Assembly (NCBI GenBank): GCA_030264375.1
Contig: JASCQW010000128.1
Location: forward strand, 33,825,973-33,889,972
Direction: 5' to 3'
Source of the DNA: Carcharhinus longimanus
Lineage: Eukaryota
DNA length: 64,000 nt
Notes under the pieces: generated by a model
Seen by the model: the letters and a program-made list of their open reading frames with translations, nothing else
What the model was told of the DNA's origin: nothing
The model's database searches: none
Position numbers and translations under genes: made by a program
Part shown: piece by piece, positions 36,548 to 50,209 of the stretch
Numbering within the stretch: the first letter of the stretch is position 1
Layout: each line of letters begins with the position of its first letter

Positions 36548-36880
36548 ACACAGAGTCATGGAGATTTACAGCATGAAAACAGGTCCTTCAGCCCAACTTG
36601 TCCATGCCGCCCTTTTTTGTGTAAGCCCCTCTCATCTCAATTGCCTGCATCTGGCCCATATCCCTCTATACCCATCTTACCCATGTAACTTTCTAAATGC
36701 TTTTTAAAAGACAAAATTGTACCCACCTCTACTATCACCTCTGTTCCAGACACTCACATGCCCTCTGGACACTGTTTTATCTCTCCCTTCTCACCTTAAA
36801 CCTATGCCCTCTAGTTTTAGACTGCCCTACCTTTAGGAAAAGGTATTCACTGTCTAGCTGATTTGTGCCCCTTATTATTA
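36548..36880 (-). mobile_element. CR1/HER1-type LINE 3' end
   Basis: Same text as 34861-35215 (cccatcttacccatgtaact...accttaaacctatgccctctagttttagact). Confidence 0.8.
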
Positions 36881-38004
36881 ACATAATTAATATAAATTCA
36901 TAAAGCTCCTATGTGAGTCACCTGGACACCTCAGCTTTAAGATGGTTGTAGGATGGGAAATGAATAAATGGACTGCTTTGACTTCCACAAAAGATTACAG
37001 ATGTGAAACATTAACTCTTTTCTCTCACCACAGATGCTGCCTGGCCTGCTGAGTGTTTCCAGCACTTTACTTTTAATTTCAAATTTATAGCATCTACAGC
37101 ATCTTGCTTTTGCTGCTTTGAATTCAGCTCCTCTACTGCCTGGACTACCCCAGGCCAGCGAGATAAAAATCACCTTTGAAGTTTTGTTGTAGATTTATAG
37201 CCAGCAGGGAAGCTGATCCTAATGGGATTATGGTATAGTTTATTTCAGCATTTCCTATGTCCAGTTCTCTCATCTGGTCATGGACACTGCCCAGGAGTTT
37301 CTCCCCACTAATTTTCTTGCTAGACTCTTTCTCTTCTGATGATGGTAACATGCAAGGCTCTAGTTCCAATGATGTTGGCAGCCCTTCACACAAATAACAC
37401 CTACAAATGGTTCAGGAAGTGGACATAGGCCAGCTATTCAACACTAGAAGCATCACAAATGAATCAAATCTTAATTTGACCCAGTATTCAAAAAAAAGCT
37501 GTAGTCGGAATTTCTGGATAGCAATCAAAAATAAGACCTCACCCCATAATGTTATTCCTGGTTCACACAGAGATCATTTTTTCAGTGGATGAACTTAAAT
37601 TTTACCCAGGACCTTATGTTCTGCACAACTTATTACCAAACAATGCACAGGCATGATGGTATCAGTCTATTCCTTGATAAACTAAACCATGACTTTATTT
37701 GTGAAACAATAATGGGAACATTATACAAAAAATAGAATAATTTCCTATTTTCTCATCAACTGCCCCTTGTCTTCCTTCAGAGGAAAAATCGATTANNNNN
37801 NNNNNNNNNNNNNNNNNNNNNNNNNNNNNNNNNNNNNNNNNNNNNNNNNNNNNNNNNNNNNNNNNNNNNNNNNNNNNNNNNNNNNNNNNNNNNNNAGGAA
37901 AAATCGATTAACGTTGATCCCATCTCCATAAACTGCATACATCTCAGCTGTCATTCGAATCAGAAAAATGATCATATAGAAATGCAAAGTTCAGACTGCA
38001 ACTG

Positions 38005-38352
38005 TCCATCAAGGCTGACATTTCAATACAGTTGTGAGCAACTGCTACACTGTCGAAGGTGCTACTTTTTAGCTAAAGCATTTAACCTAGGTTCCATCCA
38101 TCTTCTCGGGAAAAGTTTCCATCGTATTTTTTGAAGGAGGGCAGGGATCATGACCAAAATTTAACTCTGAACTGACACTATTAAAAATAACATTTTCTGA
38201 TCACATATCCTGTTGTTTGTCAGATCTTGCCACACAAATTAGTTGCCACATATTCCAACATTGCGTCAGTGACTACACTTGGAGAATATTTATTTGTAAA
38301 ATTATTTGGGAAATCATAAACAGAAGGTATTAGATAAATGCAAAGTCTTTGG
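38005..38352 (+). mobile_element. Deu-SINE
   Basis: aggctgaca...tgctacactgtcgaaggtgc...cagtgactacactt...ataaatgcaaagtcttt. Confidence 0.7.
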
Positions 38353-39129
38353 TTGCAGATGATTTTACCTTTCAACATGTGTATTTGAGGCCAGTCATCT
38401 CAGCTGTAGTACATTGCTGCAGGAGTTCCTCGGGTAATGTCCTTGGCTGAACCATCTTCAACTGTTTCATCAGTAATCACCATATGTTCATCATATATTC
38501 ACTAATTGCACCAGATTCGGTACCATTTGTGACTTGGATACCGAAGCTACGTATCCTTCTGCAGCAAGACTTGGACAACATTCAAGCTTGGGCTGCTAAA
38601 TGGCCAATAACATTGCCTGGCACTTCTGTGGCATGAATGACCATCTCTCCATAACATTCGATGGCATTACCACTGTTGGATGTACCACCATCAAAATCCT
38701 GAGGTTACCACTGACCAGAAACCTAACTAAATCAGATGAATACTATTGTCATGCCCAGTCATATTATAAACTTTCAGACAATACTTTTAAAAATTGGACA
38801 TGAAACTGTTAAGATCGCTGCTGCAGATTATGTGACTTTTAGCACTTGGAGTCCAAACAGTATAAATCTCAGGTGCATACCTAATTAAGTATAGACATTG
38901 GTAAAGGTAATTCAACCATTTGTGGGATTCACACATTCCACTGTTTAAAGACGGGCCATCACCTAAAGATGCTGGAGTTTCAAGACTGCCTTTATGTTTC
39001 ATAACGGGCAAGAGCGAAGATCAAAGCTGAAGATTACTATCAACTTCCCATTGTATTACAAGCCCACTCCCACCCAAACTAGATGAGCCTCAGAGTTGTT
39101 AACCCAGTGATCATGTCATTGAAGCTGGT

Positions 39130-40700
39130 TTCAAAGAACAGTACAGCATGGGAACAGACCCGTCAACCCTCCAAATCTGTGCCGACACAGATGCCTCTCT
39201 AATTTAATATTTTCTTGCCTCTCTGTGGTCCATGTCCCTCTATTCTCTGCCTATTCACGTATCCATCCAGATACCTCTTGAACATTGTTACAGAATCTGC
39301 TTCCACCACCTCCTCTGGCAGCACGTTTTAGGCATTCGCCACCTGGTGTGTAAAAAAACTTGCCTCTCACATCTCTTTTAAACTTTCCCCCTCTCACTTT
39401 CAACCCATGCTCCCTTTTTCTTTTTATACAGGGACATACTTGTCCTGAATTGTTAACAACTGACTTCTAAAAGACCCCCACATACTGGATGTGGATTTAC
39501 CCTCAAACAGCCGCTCCTCCAGATCTACATNNNNNNNNNNNNNNNNNNNNNNNNNNNNNNNNNNNNNNNNNNNNNNNNNNNNNNNNNNAAACTCCACACA
39601 GACAGTGACCCGAGCCGGGAATCGAACCCAGGACCCTGGAGCTGTGAAGCAGCAGTGCTAACCGTGTGCCACCGTGCCTGGCCGGTCTTGTTTCCCAGAA
39701 CCTGGTCCAAGATATCCTCAAGAAGCACTCTTGGACACACTGAACAAACTCTGCTCCTTCCAAACCGCTGGCACTAAAGAGATCCCCGTCTATATTGGGG
39801 AAGTTAAAATTGCCCATCACAACAATCCTGTTGTTTTTACATCTTCCCATAATCTGGGAACATATCAATTCCTCCGCTTCATGCTGGCTGTTGGGAGGTC
39901 TGTAGTACAGCCCCGAAGGTGTGATTGCACCAGTACTGTTCCTGAGTTCTACCCATGTGGCCTCACTACATGATCCCACCAAGGTGTTCTCCCTCTGCAC
40001 AGCTGTGACATTCTCCTTAATCAGTAAAGCAACACCCCCACCTCTTTTATCATCCTTTCTATCTCAGCTGAAGCATCTAAATCCTGGAATGCTAAACTGC
40101 CAGTCCTGTCTTTCTTTCATCCTAGTTTCTGTAATTGCCACATCATAATTCCATATAGTAATCCAAGCTTCAAGTTCATTCACCTTACTTGTCATTCTCC
40201 TTGCATTAAAGTGAACACACCTCAGACCATCTGTCCTGTCATGTTTTGTACACTCTCCCGGTTTTATTTTTCTTAGCCTTACCGGACCCTTTCATTGAGT
40301 TCGCCACAGTCTCTGTACTCACCCCCCTGACTTATTAGTTTAAGTCCACTCGAACTGCACAATCAAATCTCCCCGTTAGGATATCAGTGCCCCTTCCAGT
40401 TAAATGCAACCTGTCCTTTTTGTACAGGTCCCATCTGCGGTGGAAGAGATCCCAGTGGTCTAAAAATCTGACACCTTCTCTCCTGCACCAACTCTCAAGC
40501 CACTTATTAAGCTGTACTATGTTACTATTTCTTGCCTCACTACCATGTAGCACAAGGAGTATTCCTGAGAGTACAGCCCTGGAGGTCCTGCATTTCAGCT
40601 GCCAACTCGCTAAACTCATTTTGCAGGACCGCATTTTCGTTCCTAACTATGTCATTAGTTCCAACATGGACAATGAATACTGGATGTTCGTCCTCCATGG
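39130..40700 (-). mobile_element. CR1 LINE remnant: ORF1 esterase end, APE endonuclease and 3' end, RT missing; nested SINE head at 39589-39677
   Basis: ORF 40335-40634 (LNKWLESWCRREGVRFLDHWDLF...DRLHL, SGNH esterase-type ORF1) and ORF 39503-40000 (WVELRN...GLYYRPPN...VVMGNFNFPNID). Confidence 0.85.
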
Positions 40701-41439
40701 AATGCACTCTTATTATCTCAGGACCTAAGCCACTCTACCGTCACCATCATCCTTTATTTAAGCATGCTCAAAGTGCAGCTCTGTGGCTACAGAGAACAGG
40801 TCAGCCCCAAAATCTTTTGGCTGCTGGCCTAATTGGGAGTTGGATGGTTTAAACCCCTTGCTTCTCCTTCCTTATTGGGTGAGCTTCCACTCGGCTAATA
40901 GGGAAGCTCCTGTTCCACGAGGTCCACAGGGAGATTTTATTGATGATCCCGTGGGACATCATAACAGGAACCATCAGTCATCTGCCAATATGAGAACCAG
41001 ACTTTGAAACTCGCTGCAAGTCACCAAGTTCCAAAATAATTAACCTGTTCTATTTTCAAAGTTCACCTGAGAATCAATCCCCCAGATACTCAATCACAAG
41101 AAACTGCACAATCTCCTATGGAGCTTTTGCTTTACCCTCAGTTAAATCATTTAATTCATTCAGTTAAGAGGCTGAAACTTATAAATCAGAGACTAAATTA
41201 ATTGTAATCTGTTAAAGGGCACTTTTTAAAATCTGTAAATAGTCTTTGTTTGTGTGTGAATGTGTTTGTGAGACTAAGTGTGACATTGCTTTAACTTGGG
41301 ATAAGTTTTTAAATCACAAAAGCTTGCTGCTTAACTATTTAACTCAAATACACACTCCAAGGGTAAGAAAAGATGCACCTCTTTCAATATAAAAGATACT
41401 GTTGCAACCAGTAAAAGAGGACATAAATTATGTCTGTGA

Positions 41440-42010
41440 TACTGGTTACATGAACATGTCAGAGGTTAGGAATTCTGTGGCAGGTAACTCGTCTTTTGAC
41501 AAAAATCTGTGCACCATTTACAAAACACAAGTCAGAATTCTGATGGGTTACTGTCCACTTACCTTGATGAGTACACCTCCAACATCACAAGAAGCCCAAC
41601 ACTATCCAGGACAAAGCATCCCATTTGATCAGCACCCCATCCATCACCATCAACATTCAATCCCTCCATCACCAAAGCGCAGTGGTAGCTATGTGTACCA
41701 TATAAAACATCCATTGCAGAGACTCATTAAAGTTTCTGCAACAGCATCTTCACACGCATAACCTCTCCCACCAGAAGGAAAAGGGCAGCAAATGTACGGG
41801 ATCACCACTACCTGCAAGTTTCCCTCCAAGCCATACACCATCCTGAATTGGAACTATATTGCTGTTCCATTGCTATCGCTCAGACTTCTTTCCTGACAGC
41901 AGACGGATAGCAGCAATTTGAGAAGGCAGCTCACCATCATCTTCTCAAGGGCAGTCATGGATCAGCAACAAATACTGGCCTTGCCAGCAATTTGCACATT
42001 CCATTAAAGG
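41440..42010 (+). mobile_element. CR1/L2-group LINE 3' end
   Basis: cacctgcaagtttccctccaagccatacaccatcctga...gaaggcagctcaccatcatcttctcaagggca, the common shark LINE tail. Confidence 0.7.
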
Positions 42011-42639
42011 ATTACATGTACTCAATTTTATTTTGATTGTTAATTAGGTTTTTAATGTTTTTGCAGAGCCTATTGTAAAAGGTAATTGCATCATTTAGTA
42101 CTGTAGATAGCTGTTCAATGCAGCACCATGGTACAATGCATTACTAAGAAAGGTCTTTCTTTACTCTCACCTCCCTTTACTTGTCTTGAATATTCCAAAA
42201 TATTAGCCTGAGCACTATGTTTTCATAGTGACACAACTATGCAAGGATGTAAAACTCAAGTTAAGGCCAATCTCACTATTTGCCTTTTCTTGTTTTGTTA
42301 ATATGCCCTGTGCCTCATTTCAAACACCGAAGTGAGATTTCTCTCAGACTATCAGCAACATAAGTACACTTAGCAAACTGTCTAACATTGTCTTTAAATT
42401 ACAAAATCACTTCAAGAAGCAGCACTGCAAAGCAGTTACCATGAATTCCACTCCTTTTGCATTTTGTACTTGATTCCCAAACAATGTTACAAAAAAAAGA
42501 CTGTGTACAAGCTTCATGTGTAAATGCTTCAAAGTTGAAATAAGAGACTGGTGATTTTCCACATAGACCACTGAAGTTTAATAACCACTTCAGCCTCAAA
42601 ACAATCACAGCCATTTTCCTCTGTGTTAGGTTTTGGAAC

Positions 42640-45600
42640 AAGGTGTCGGATGTGGCTTGGTTGGTCTTAGGGTATTCATAGACTTAGGGGACTCAACACC
42701 AAAAATTAATTAACTATCAGAAACTATCTACATAAGTACAGTAAGTGTCTAAGCTAGGAACCTGCTTGCTTCTAACATGGTTCTGTCCATCACTACACTG
42801 AACCCAAGGTGTGAATCTCTTGCTTCATTGTGTGGATGGTATTGCACTCAGTTCCACCTTCAGCCTTTACGTGCCAAATGATTCCCCAAGTCTTTATCCA
42901 ACAGGTTACAAATTATCCCAGTTTACCCCATATATTATGTCACTAATATCTCATCTCCCCTCTCAAGTCTGAGTTCAAAGGGTCAGGCAGTCTGGAGGCC
43001 TTATAATCCTTCCGTAGCTTGTTCTCACTGCTGTTGGAGGAGTGGTAGGATCTGTTGCTCAAGTAAACTTTGTTGAATTGGGGGTTGTTCTGACATTCAG
43101 GTGTCTTATCATCATCCTTTTCCGTTCTTTGGCACTGAATCGCTCTTTGTCAATTCCCCAATTGTGCTGATAGATGGCGGTTGTTGTATCCTGCTCTTTA
43201 CAAGATGATCTTTGGGCTCATTTCTATAGTTTTTTTTCCCTTAGTTCTTCGTGTGGCTCATAGTGATGTACCCTGGCATGGCAGATAGCTCTTCCTGTTG
43301 TAAGGACGTGACTTAATAAACTCACCTTTGTGTTTGGCTGTGCAGTGTGCTGTCGTCAATAACGGCTGCTACTTGGTTCCAACAACATTTGTGGCACTGT
43401 TAGCTAGGGTTGCAGCATCTGCTCTGTGGTCTTGGGGTTAATCTTTCCAACTTGCCTTGGACTAGAGGTTGAGGCTCTTCTCAATAGTTCCTCTTTTGAC
43501 TGTCATCTACTCAAGTGGTTGGGTTGGTCTGATCAATGAGGGGGCTTCGGGCACCTGTAGAAAAGTGAACAAACCTTTTCTGCAAGAACAGAAAACAATT
43601 CAAAGCTGAAGTACCAGTTGGGAGAATCCCGTTTGGAGCTCTTGGGAACTTGCATTTCTTTATAATGACAGCTGTAACCTTCATACCTTCCGTCATTCTG
43701 AGGAAGGTCAGGGCTATAAAGGCATCTATGCTTGAGTGAAAACGACTAGTTGCAGATGATGTAAATCAGCCTGAAGATTTGTTTATTGCCATACTTTAAT
43801 GTTACTAGAATCATACTGATGACTGGAAATTCGGCTTTCTTCAGGGCTAAAATAGCATGTCTGTTGTTCATAGTCAGAAGTCTCTCAACCACAGTTCTTT
43901 GTCCAATAGGACTGAAAATTGGATACAGGAGCCAGTGTTAAAGTTTATAAGATGACCACAAACCAAGATGTCCACATTCTTAAACAAAAATCCAAGAAGC
44001 ATGGTTGTGTCCTCTTGCTGTCTTGAACTTGTGAATCCTCTTGGGATCTTCTGCGTCGTTTCACATTTTGGCCTTGCACAGCTTCCCAAAGTATATTATT
44101 CAGTTACACTGAAAGCATTAAGGTGAAACTGTTGGTCATTGATTGCACCCATGGGGGTTTGGAACTTTGCTCCATAGTGTCGGCATGGTCAGTTTACTGG
44201 CTGGTTAGGGTATTGCGTTCCTTGGTCTGAAATGTCCCTGTGTCTGCACTATTTCACTAACTGAACAATTTGACTTTTTTTCCAGTAAATATGGATCTGT
44301 GCTGCAAACGGAATTTCAGATTGCCTACCAATCTTGAAGGCTCTCTCATCGGTTAGATCTTCCTTAGCTTGAACCATGTCTGAGAGTGCATCTTCTGCCA
44401 CTCCTATAACAATTCTATTCCTGATTAGCTCAGATTTCAGATCACTGTAATCTCAGCCATCTGCCACAGCTCGGGAATGAAACAGCCAACAGCTTCTTTG
44501 GCTATGTTTATTAAATTTAGCCCTTTCAAGGATTTTGTACTTTAAAATAAAGACTCAACAATTTTAAAACTTCTTCAAATTCTGCAGATGATTCATTGAT
44601 TCCTTGACAAGTTTCAGGCCTAACAAATAAAGCAGTGTGAACTTGTTCAGTTTCTGTCTTTTTATCCAGACCTGAAGCAATCATGGATCTAAGGATCTCT
44701 ATTCTCCAGACCTTTGCGATTAATCTGAGCCTTGGATAAGTTCAAATTAATTTGGAAGAGTGGATTTCCAATCCATGATTAAAATTTTCAAATTGCACGT
44801 TCAGAATCAAGAGGTTTCTGAAAATCCAAGATGGAGTCACTGTACCTTCCTTCACAAAAGATTTTCCCACACGTGCTGTTTTTGTTGGGCTCCTGGAGTA
44901 ACGGCATTCATGGTCTCAGCTTTTAAATGTTTTCAACAATAGCTGTCTGGACCTTGGTTAGTCTTTTCTCTTTAGTTCAATGTACTCAGGCCCCTGAAGC
45001 ACCAAATTCTGTCTTTTGCTGTATTTTTAAAGCTGCCTATTCAGTCGTGATTATTTTAAAATTTCCTCTTAGTTTGGAGGAAGCTCAGCCGCCACGCATT
45101 CAGACACTTGTTTGGGAATTAGTTGCATTAGACTAGGATTCAGTGGCAATTTCTGACCACTGTAGTTTTGAACATTCTTTTCCACGTGTCCAGGAATTTC
45201 ACATTTCTATCTCATCTCTTTGGTTTGTTGACTCTACACGTCTAGATATTGAACCTGGACCTCTACAGAATTCAATGAAACCTTCTGCTGTAGTGGGGAA
45301 TTTAATTCTTCCTTCAGCTTCCAAGCCTTTCTTTGGAGCTTCTATATCTTCACTTCTTAAGCTTTTCTTCAGGTCAGAATACCACTTTGATTATATTTTT
45401 CTTCAATCTGCTAGCATTTTATTTTCTTTCTGTAGTCCTTACTTGGTTCTGAGTTGTTTCATTCCCTGCTACCATATTGCAAGATGCTGGACAGTTTAGT
45501 ATGTCTTAGGTAGTTCAACAGCAAGTATTTATTAACTATTGGAAATTATTTGTACATACGGTACAGGTCCAAGCCAGGAGCCATGCTTGCTTCTACATGT

Positions 45601-45690
45601 GGCTCAGTACAATGACCCTTAGGTACAAGTCATGTGTTGTCTTACTCAGTTCCAATGTTAACCAATTAGCTACCAGTCTCTTATACTACA
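42640..45690 (-). mobile_element. Ty3/Gypsy LTR retrotransposon, internally deleted and decayed
   Basis: 5' LTR at about 45475-45690 (starts TGTAG, contains AATAAA). PBS TGGTAGCAGGG at 45464-45474 resembles the complement of the tRNA-iMet 3' end. Gag motifs IASGLDKK (~44670) and SELIRNRIVIGV (~44415); protease-like LINFNTGS (~43940). PPT gagaggggaga at 42954-42964, then a diverged 3' LTR at about 42640-42953. Confidence 0.8.
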
Positions 45691-46100
45691 CGTATAACTC
45701 CAATCATTGGAGAGTTTTCCCCCAGTTCCCATTAAATTCAGTTTCATGAAGTTTCCAACATGCCACACTGGTGAAACACTGTCTTTATGTCTAGGGCAAT
45801 TACCTTCATCTCACTTGTGAATTCAGCTCTTTTATCCATGCTTAAATCAAGGCTGTAATGAGATCAGGAACCAAATGCCCCAGGGAACTTCACTGAACAC
45901 TGGTGACAGTTTATTGCTGTACAAATGCCGACACCTTCCACCACTTTGCTGATGACTGAAAGCAGACTGATGAGGTGGCAACAGGCGAGATTGGAATTCA
46001 CAGAATCATTATAATGCAGAAGGAAGCCATTTGGCCAATCATGTCTGCACCACCTCTCTAAACGATCATGGATTAGAGCCACTTCCCTGCCTTTTCTCCA

Positions 46101-46345
46101 ACACAGTAAAAAGTCTGACAACACCAGGTTTTAGTCCAACCTATTTATTTGATAATATACTCACAAGCTTTCGGGGNNNNNNNNNNNNNNNNNNNNNNNN
46201 NNNNNNNNNNNNNNNNNNNNNNNNNNNNNNNNNNNNNNNNNNNNNNNNNNNNNNNNNNNNNNNNNNNNNNNNNNNNAAAACCTGGTGTTGTCAGACTTTT
46301 TACTGTGTTTACGCCAGTCCAACGCCGGCATACCCACATCATGAC
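46101..46345. mobile_element. Penelope-derived element with inverted termini around a gap
   Basis: acacagtaaaaagtctgacaacaccaggtttt (from 46101) is the exact reverse complement of aaaacctggtgttgtcagactttttactgtgt (from 46277). Confidence 0.65.
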
Positions 46346-47723
46346 TACTATTTTCTCCAACACACATTGTCTTGCTTTGTGATTGGACATATGTGAGCAA
46401 CTTTCCACATTGTTGAGTAGATGCTAGTGTTGTAGCTGTCCCAGTATAGCTTGGATGTGGTGCCTTTGTAATAAAAAAATGGTGCATTACTAGAAATAAA
46501 TTTTCTCCTTTTTAAATCTAATCAGCAAACAGAAATAGGAAAGGAATTGGGATTCTACCCATTGTGGACATTTGCATTTAATGCATGGGGAAAGACTCGC
46601 CATCTGCAGTCCTGCAAGAGCTAGGGGAGATGAACTCCAGTCAGCATGGCGGGCTATCAGTAGATCTATATCCACTTTTATATTCTTTGCTATCATCTAG
46701 CTGGATTTCTTGCAGAAGAGGAAGATGAAGCAAATAAATAAATAAAATGGTGTAGACAGAATGAAGCACAGAGTATACAAAAGTGCAAGAGAGATTGATT
46801 TCACTGTTGTAGAATTCACAAACCAACTAAAATTCACTGTACGGCTTACAGGTGACCACTTGGAATTGATAATGGAAAATTGGAGATAAGAGGCAAGAAT
46901 CTGTGCCTTCAGGAGCAAAAGGGAAGGGCAGGAAATTGGCAAAATAGAACCAGCTTTTTCCAAGTTATATTATGTAAATTTTAATAGTTCTTGGTCTGCA
47001 TTGATGTCTCCTTATTCAGAATGTTTTTTAAGCTGATAAAAATAGTGAACAAAAATCATGATTGCCTGTCTCTACTTGAATACTTATACTTATTGATTTT
47101 ATCCAGAACTGGAAGATTTCAACTAACCCTGTCTACTATTAAATACATTTGCAGCTAGATGAACCATCAAAGTCAGCTACATCATAAAGCCATCCATAAA
47201 AAAATTGTTTCAACAAGTAAACATTTAACTGCAATTTAAAAGACTATGAACACATCATAACTCTCACCCTAAAACAATTTTGTGTGTAATATTGATTTTT
47301 GTTCCTCACTACAAGCACTCCAATGGAAAATGTGCTACATACTACATTGCTTACTTTTTCAAGCTACTGTGATGTTAACATGCAATCATGTTTTTGAAGT
47401 TTGATAAAGATTAGAAATGGTGATTGAATAACTTACTAATTAATTTGAAGAGCAGACTCAATAACCAGGGCAACATTTCTTTTCTAACCTATACCACAAA
47501 GCTGAAATTAACTGGTTGTTCATCACAACATTATTTGAAGGATCTGTTAAAATGGTCATTGGGTTTACCTGCATCATAGCACTTTCATTTTAAAGTAAAC
47601 TGACTTTACATGAAACACCAACATGTTCCTAACATAACAAAACTCATTATTGTATCTCCCAGAAAAATAAGTTTTATGTGAACTGAAATACAAAATGCAT
47701 CCATTGGCTCAAATGCATCTTAC

Positions 47724-47810
47724 CTAGCTCTTTGGAGACCGGTGACTGAGAACTCAACTCTCCCAATTTTGAAATGCCATCGAAGTATATCTTGCCTGCA
47801 GCCACCATAG
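47724..47810 (-). CDS. BAIAP2L1: BAIAP2L1/IRTKS coding exon (human exon 3 equivalent), I-BAR domain
   Basis: 87 bp, ttaacag|CT...CTAG|gtaag, phase 1-1. Translates (A)MVAAGKIYFDGISKLGELSSQSPVSKEL(G), versus recalled human [30 protein letters not shown]. Confidence 0.92.
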
Positions 47811-50209
47811 CTGTTAAAATAAGCAGAAAATAATATTTGGACGAAGTGTAGTTACTTATTTAAAACACAGCCAGTTACAATTTTTTTTGTTCCAAGAGAA
47901 AACACCAAGTACCTGTGAATTAAAACTGGAATCATAGCAAATAAAGACCATTATCCTATTGAGCTAGCTCATTTTGTAAAATTATTGCATCTGCCACGTT
48001 ACTGGTGACACATTTTACACCATTTTTTACCTTGCCACATTCCAAGTGTAAAGTTGCAAGTGAATCAAGGTTGCAAGTGAAAGTTGCTCAAAATGGATAG
48101 TAAAACCAGCTCTGATGACCAGTTTAGAATATGATTTAAAAAAAGTATTTCACTGGAGCTGCTTGTGTGTGTTACAAACTTTAGTTGTGCTTTTATGAGT
48201 TTTTCTGAAGGCTTTTGGTCATTGGCCCTAATATCTCCATATGTGGCTCAGTAAAGTTTTATTCAAAAATGCTCCAGCTTAGTGCTTTGGGATGTTTTAG
48301 GTTAACAGGTGACATAGTTGCTGTAGTATCATGTTTGCACTATTTGCATTTTTTCTTTTTGTACCTAAATAATAGCATGGTACATTATCAACCCAAGAAT
48401 CAGAGTTTCAAAGGTTTTGTTTTCTGAGTTCAAAGTTTAAATGTTTTCTTGAATGATTGCTGTTCTGTAGAAATAGAAAACCAGTTAATGTAATACTTTA
48501 AACTGAAACTCAAATGTCTTCTTTCTTTTTAAATTATGCAATTATCACCCTTTTCAATCACACAAATTAATAATGTAACACACCCATCAGATTATCTGGA
48601 AGTAAAATGAAACATAAATTGATAAAGATCAGTGCAAATTCCTTTGATCAAGGCATGTTCTCATTAAATCCATTCAGAACGTATTTTAAGAAATGCAAAA
48701 AGGAAGCATCAGTTTTTATGGGCTGGGTTCCTTTTTAGGCCAACTGGGACTGTAATAATTATTGTCCAAGAATTTATAAGAGTTTAAACAAGAGTTTGTA
48801 ACAGTGTGGTGTAATCTGGAGGCTGCAGACTTAATTGGGCAGTTTCCCTATGGACTAATAATATTGGTAAGAAGTATTATGAAAGAAATTTAAATTTAAA
48901 CCCTTCTAAAAATTTCAATCCTTAAAGTGTGCCATGTTTATTTAAATTAACTGCAGTTTTCTAATTTTGTCCAACAATGACAGTATTAGACCTAGTTGGA
49001 AATTTTTTAAAACATTTGCCCTAGGTTTCTACTGCAGCCCAATTATAACTGGGGAGGGACCTTTCAAACATTAGCAAGATAAACTCCTGAAAACAAGTAC
49101 AAGAATGAAAATTTCTTCCTTGGCAACAACCAGACCAGAAAGAATAGTTTACATCTCCTTCAACCATGAGAAATGTTAGCTTCTTTCAAGTACAAGCAAA
49201 TAGGATCACATATTGCTTAAACCGATAACTGCATGGTTTCAATGCTGTGTAGAAGTCCATTTCTGTTTTCAGATGTAGAATACACCATCTATTTGATGTT
49301 AAGGATCCTATCTGGCACCTTCAATGGAAGGGGGAAATGAATCAACAACATATTCACTTGCACCTTTCCGCAAGGAATCTGGATGAGCCCACATTCACAT
49401 CCAAGTCACAGTTGCTCTCTTTGTAATTTTTGTGCTGCAAATTACTTCTGGTGAGCTGCCTCTATCTCCTTTGGAACATGAAATAAATTTCAGATCCTGT
49501 GACTCTAGTTGGTACAGTAGCCCAGTCTGAGTGAACAAATGACCAATCTCCATGATTTTCTGGGTGCAATTACACTGCGAGTTTTATGTTGATGCGAAGC
49601 AGTCTCAGGTTTGTATCAAAGCTAAACCTGTACTATGTAAATTGGGTATTAAAGTTTGAACTGACACTGAAATGAAAATCTAAAGAGTCTCATTTCATTT
49701 TGTTCCAGTATGAGTCAAGCCCTGGCTCTTGATTCAAACTAAGTTTATATTATAACTGTAAAACTGATGCAAAGTAAAACCGCCACAGTTGTAGCATAAA
49801 TGCACCATTGATAACCTTCCAATTCAGTACTAAAATCCAGTCTAAGTCACTAGAACTGGAATGAAACCACAATTACCAAAGAGTGAAGTTTTTCATTCAA
49901 TGTAAATATAATTAAATTTGTCATGGAAGCAAGGCAAGGCTGTATGATCTACTTTTCTTCTTAATAAAATGCCACCATTCTGTCAAAATTCACAAAATCA
50001 AGTTCAGTCCCAGATAATTTACTGAGTTAAAACACGTTACATTAATAAATTTTAGTTAACCCAGATTTTCAAGATTTGAGAATAAATACACGTTAGGCTA
50101 CTCGTACTGACCACCTGCCAAAACAAAGTCTTGTCAAAGAACTATAAGACCATATAAATATCTTGGTCAGGTCTCAAAATATCTTGTTCAGATTTGGTCT
50201 CTCCACATA

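Noticed and set aside
37781-37910. aggaaaaatcgatta repeated on both sides of a gap (similarly ccatgcaac at 55479/55498)
   Set aside because: Contig-overlap artefact, not a target-site duplication.
47500-48490. Several AACCAGTT/AACTGGTT Grainyhead-like sites around exon 3
   Set aside because: Short degenerate motifs expected by chance in AT-rich DNA; no independent support.
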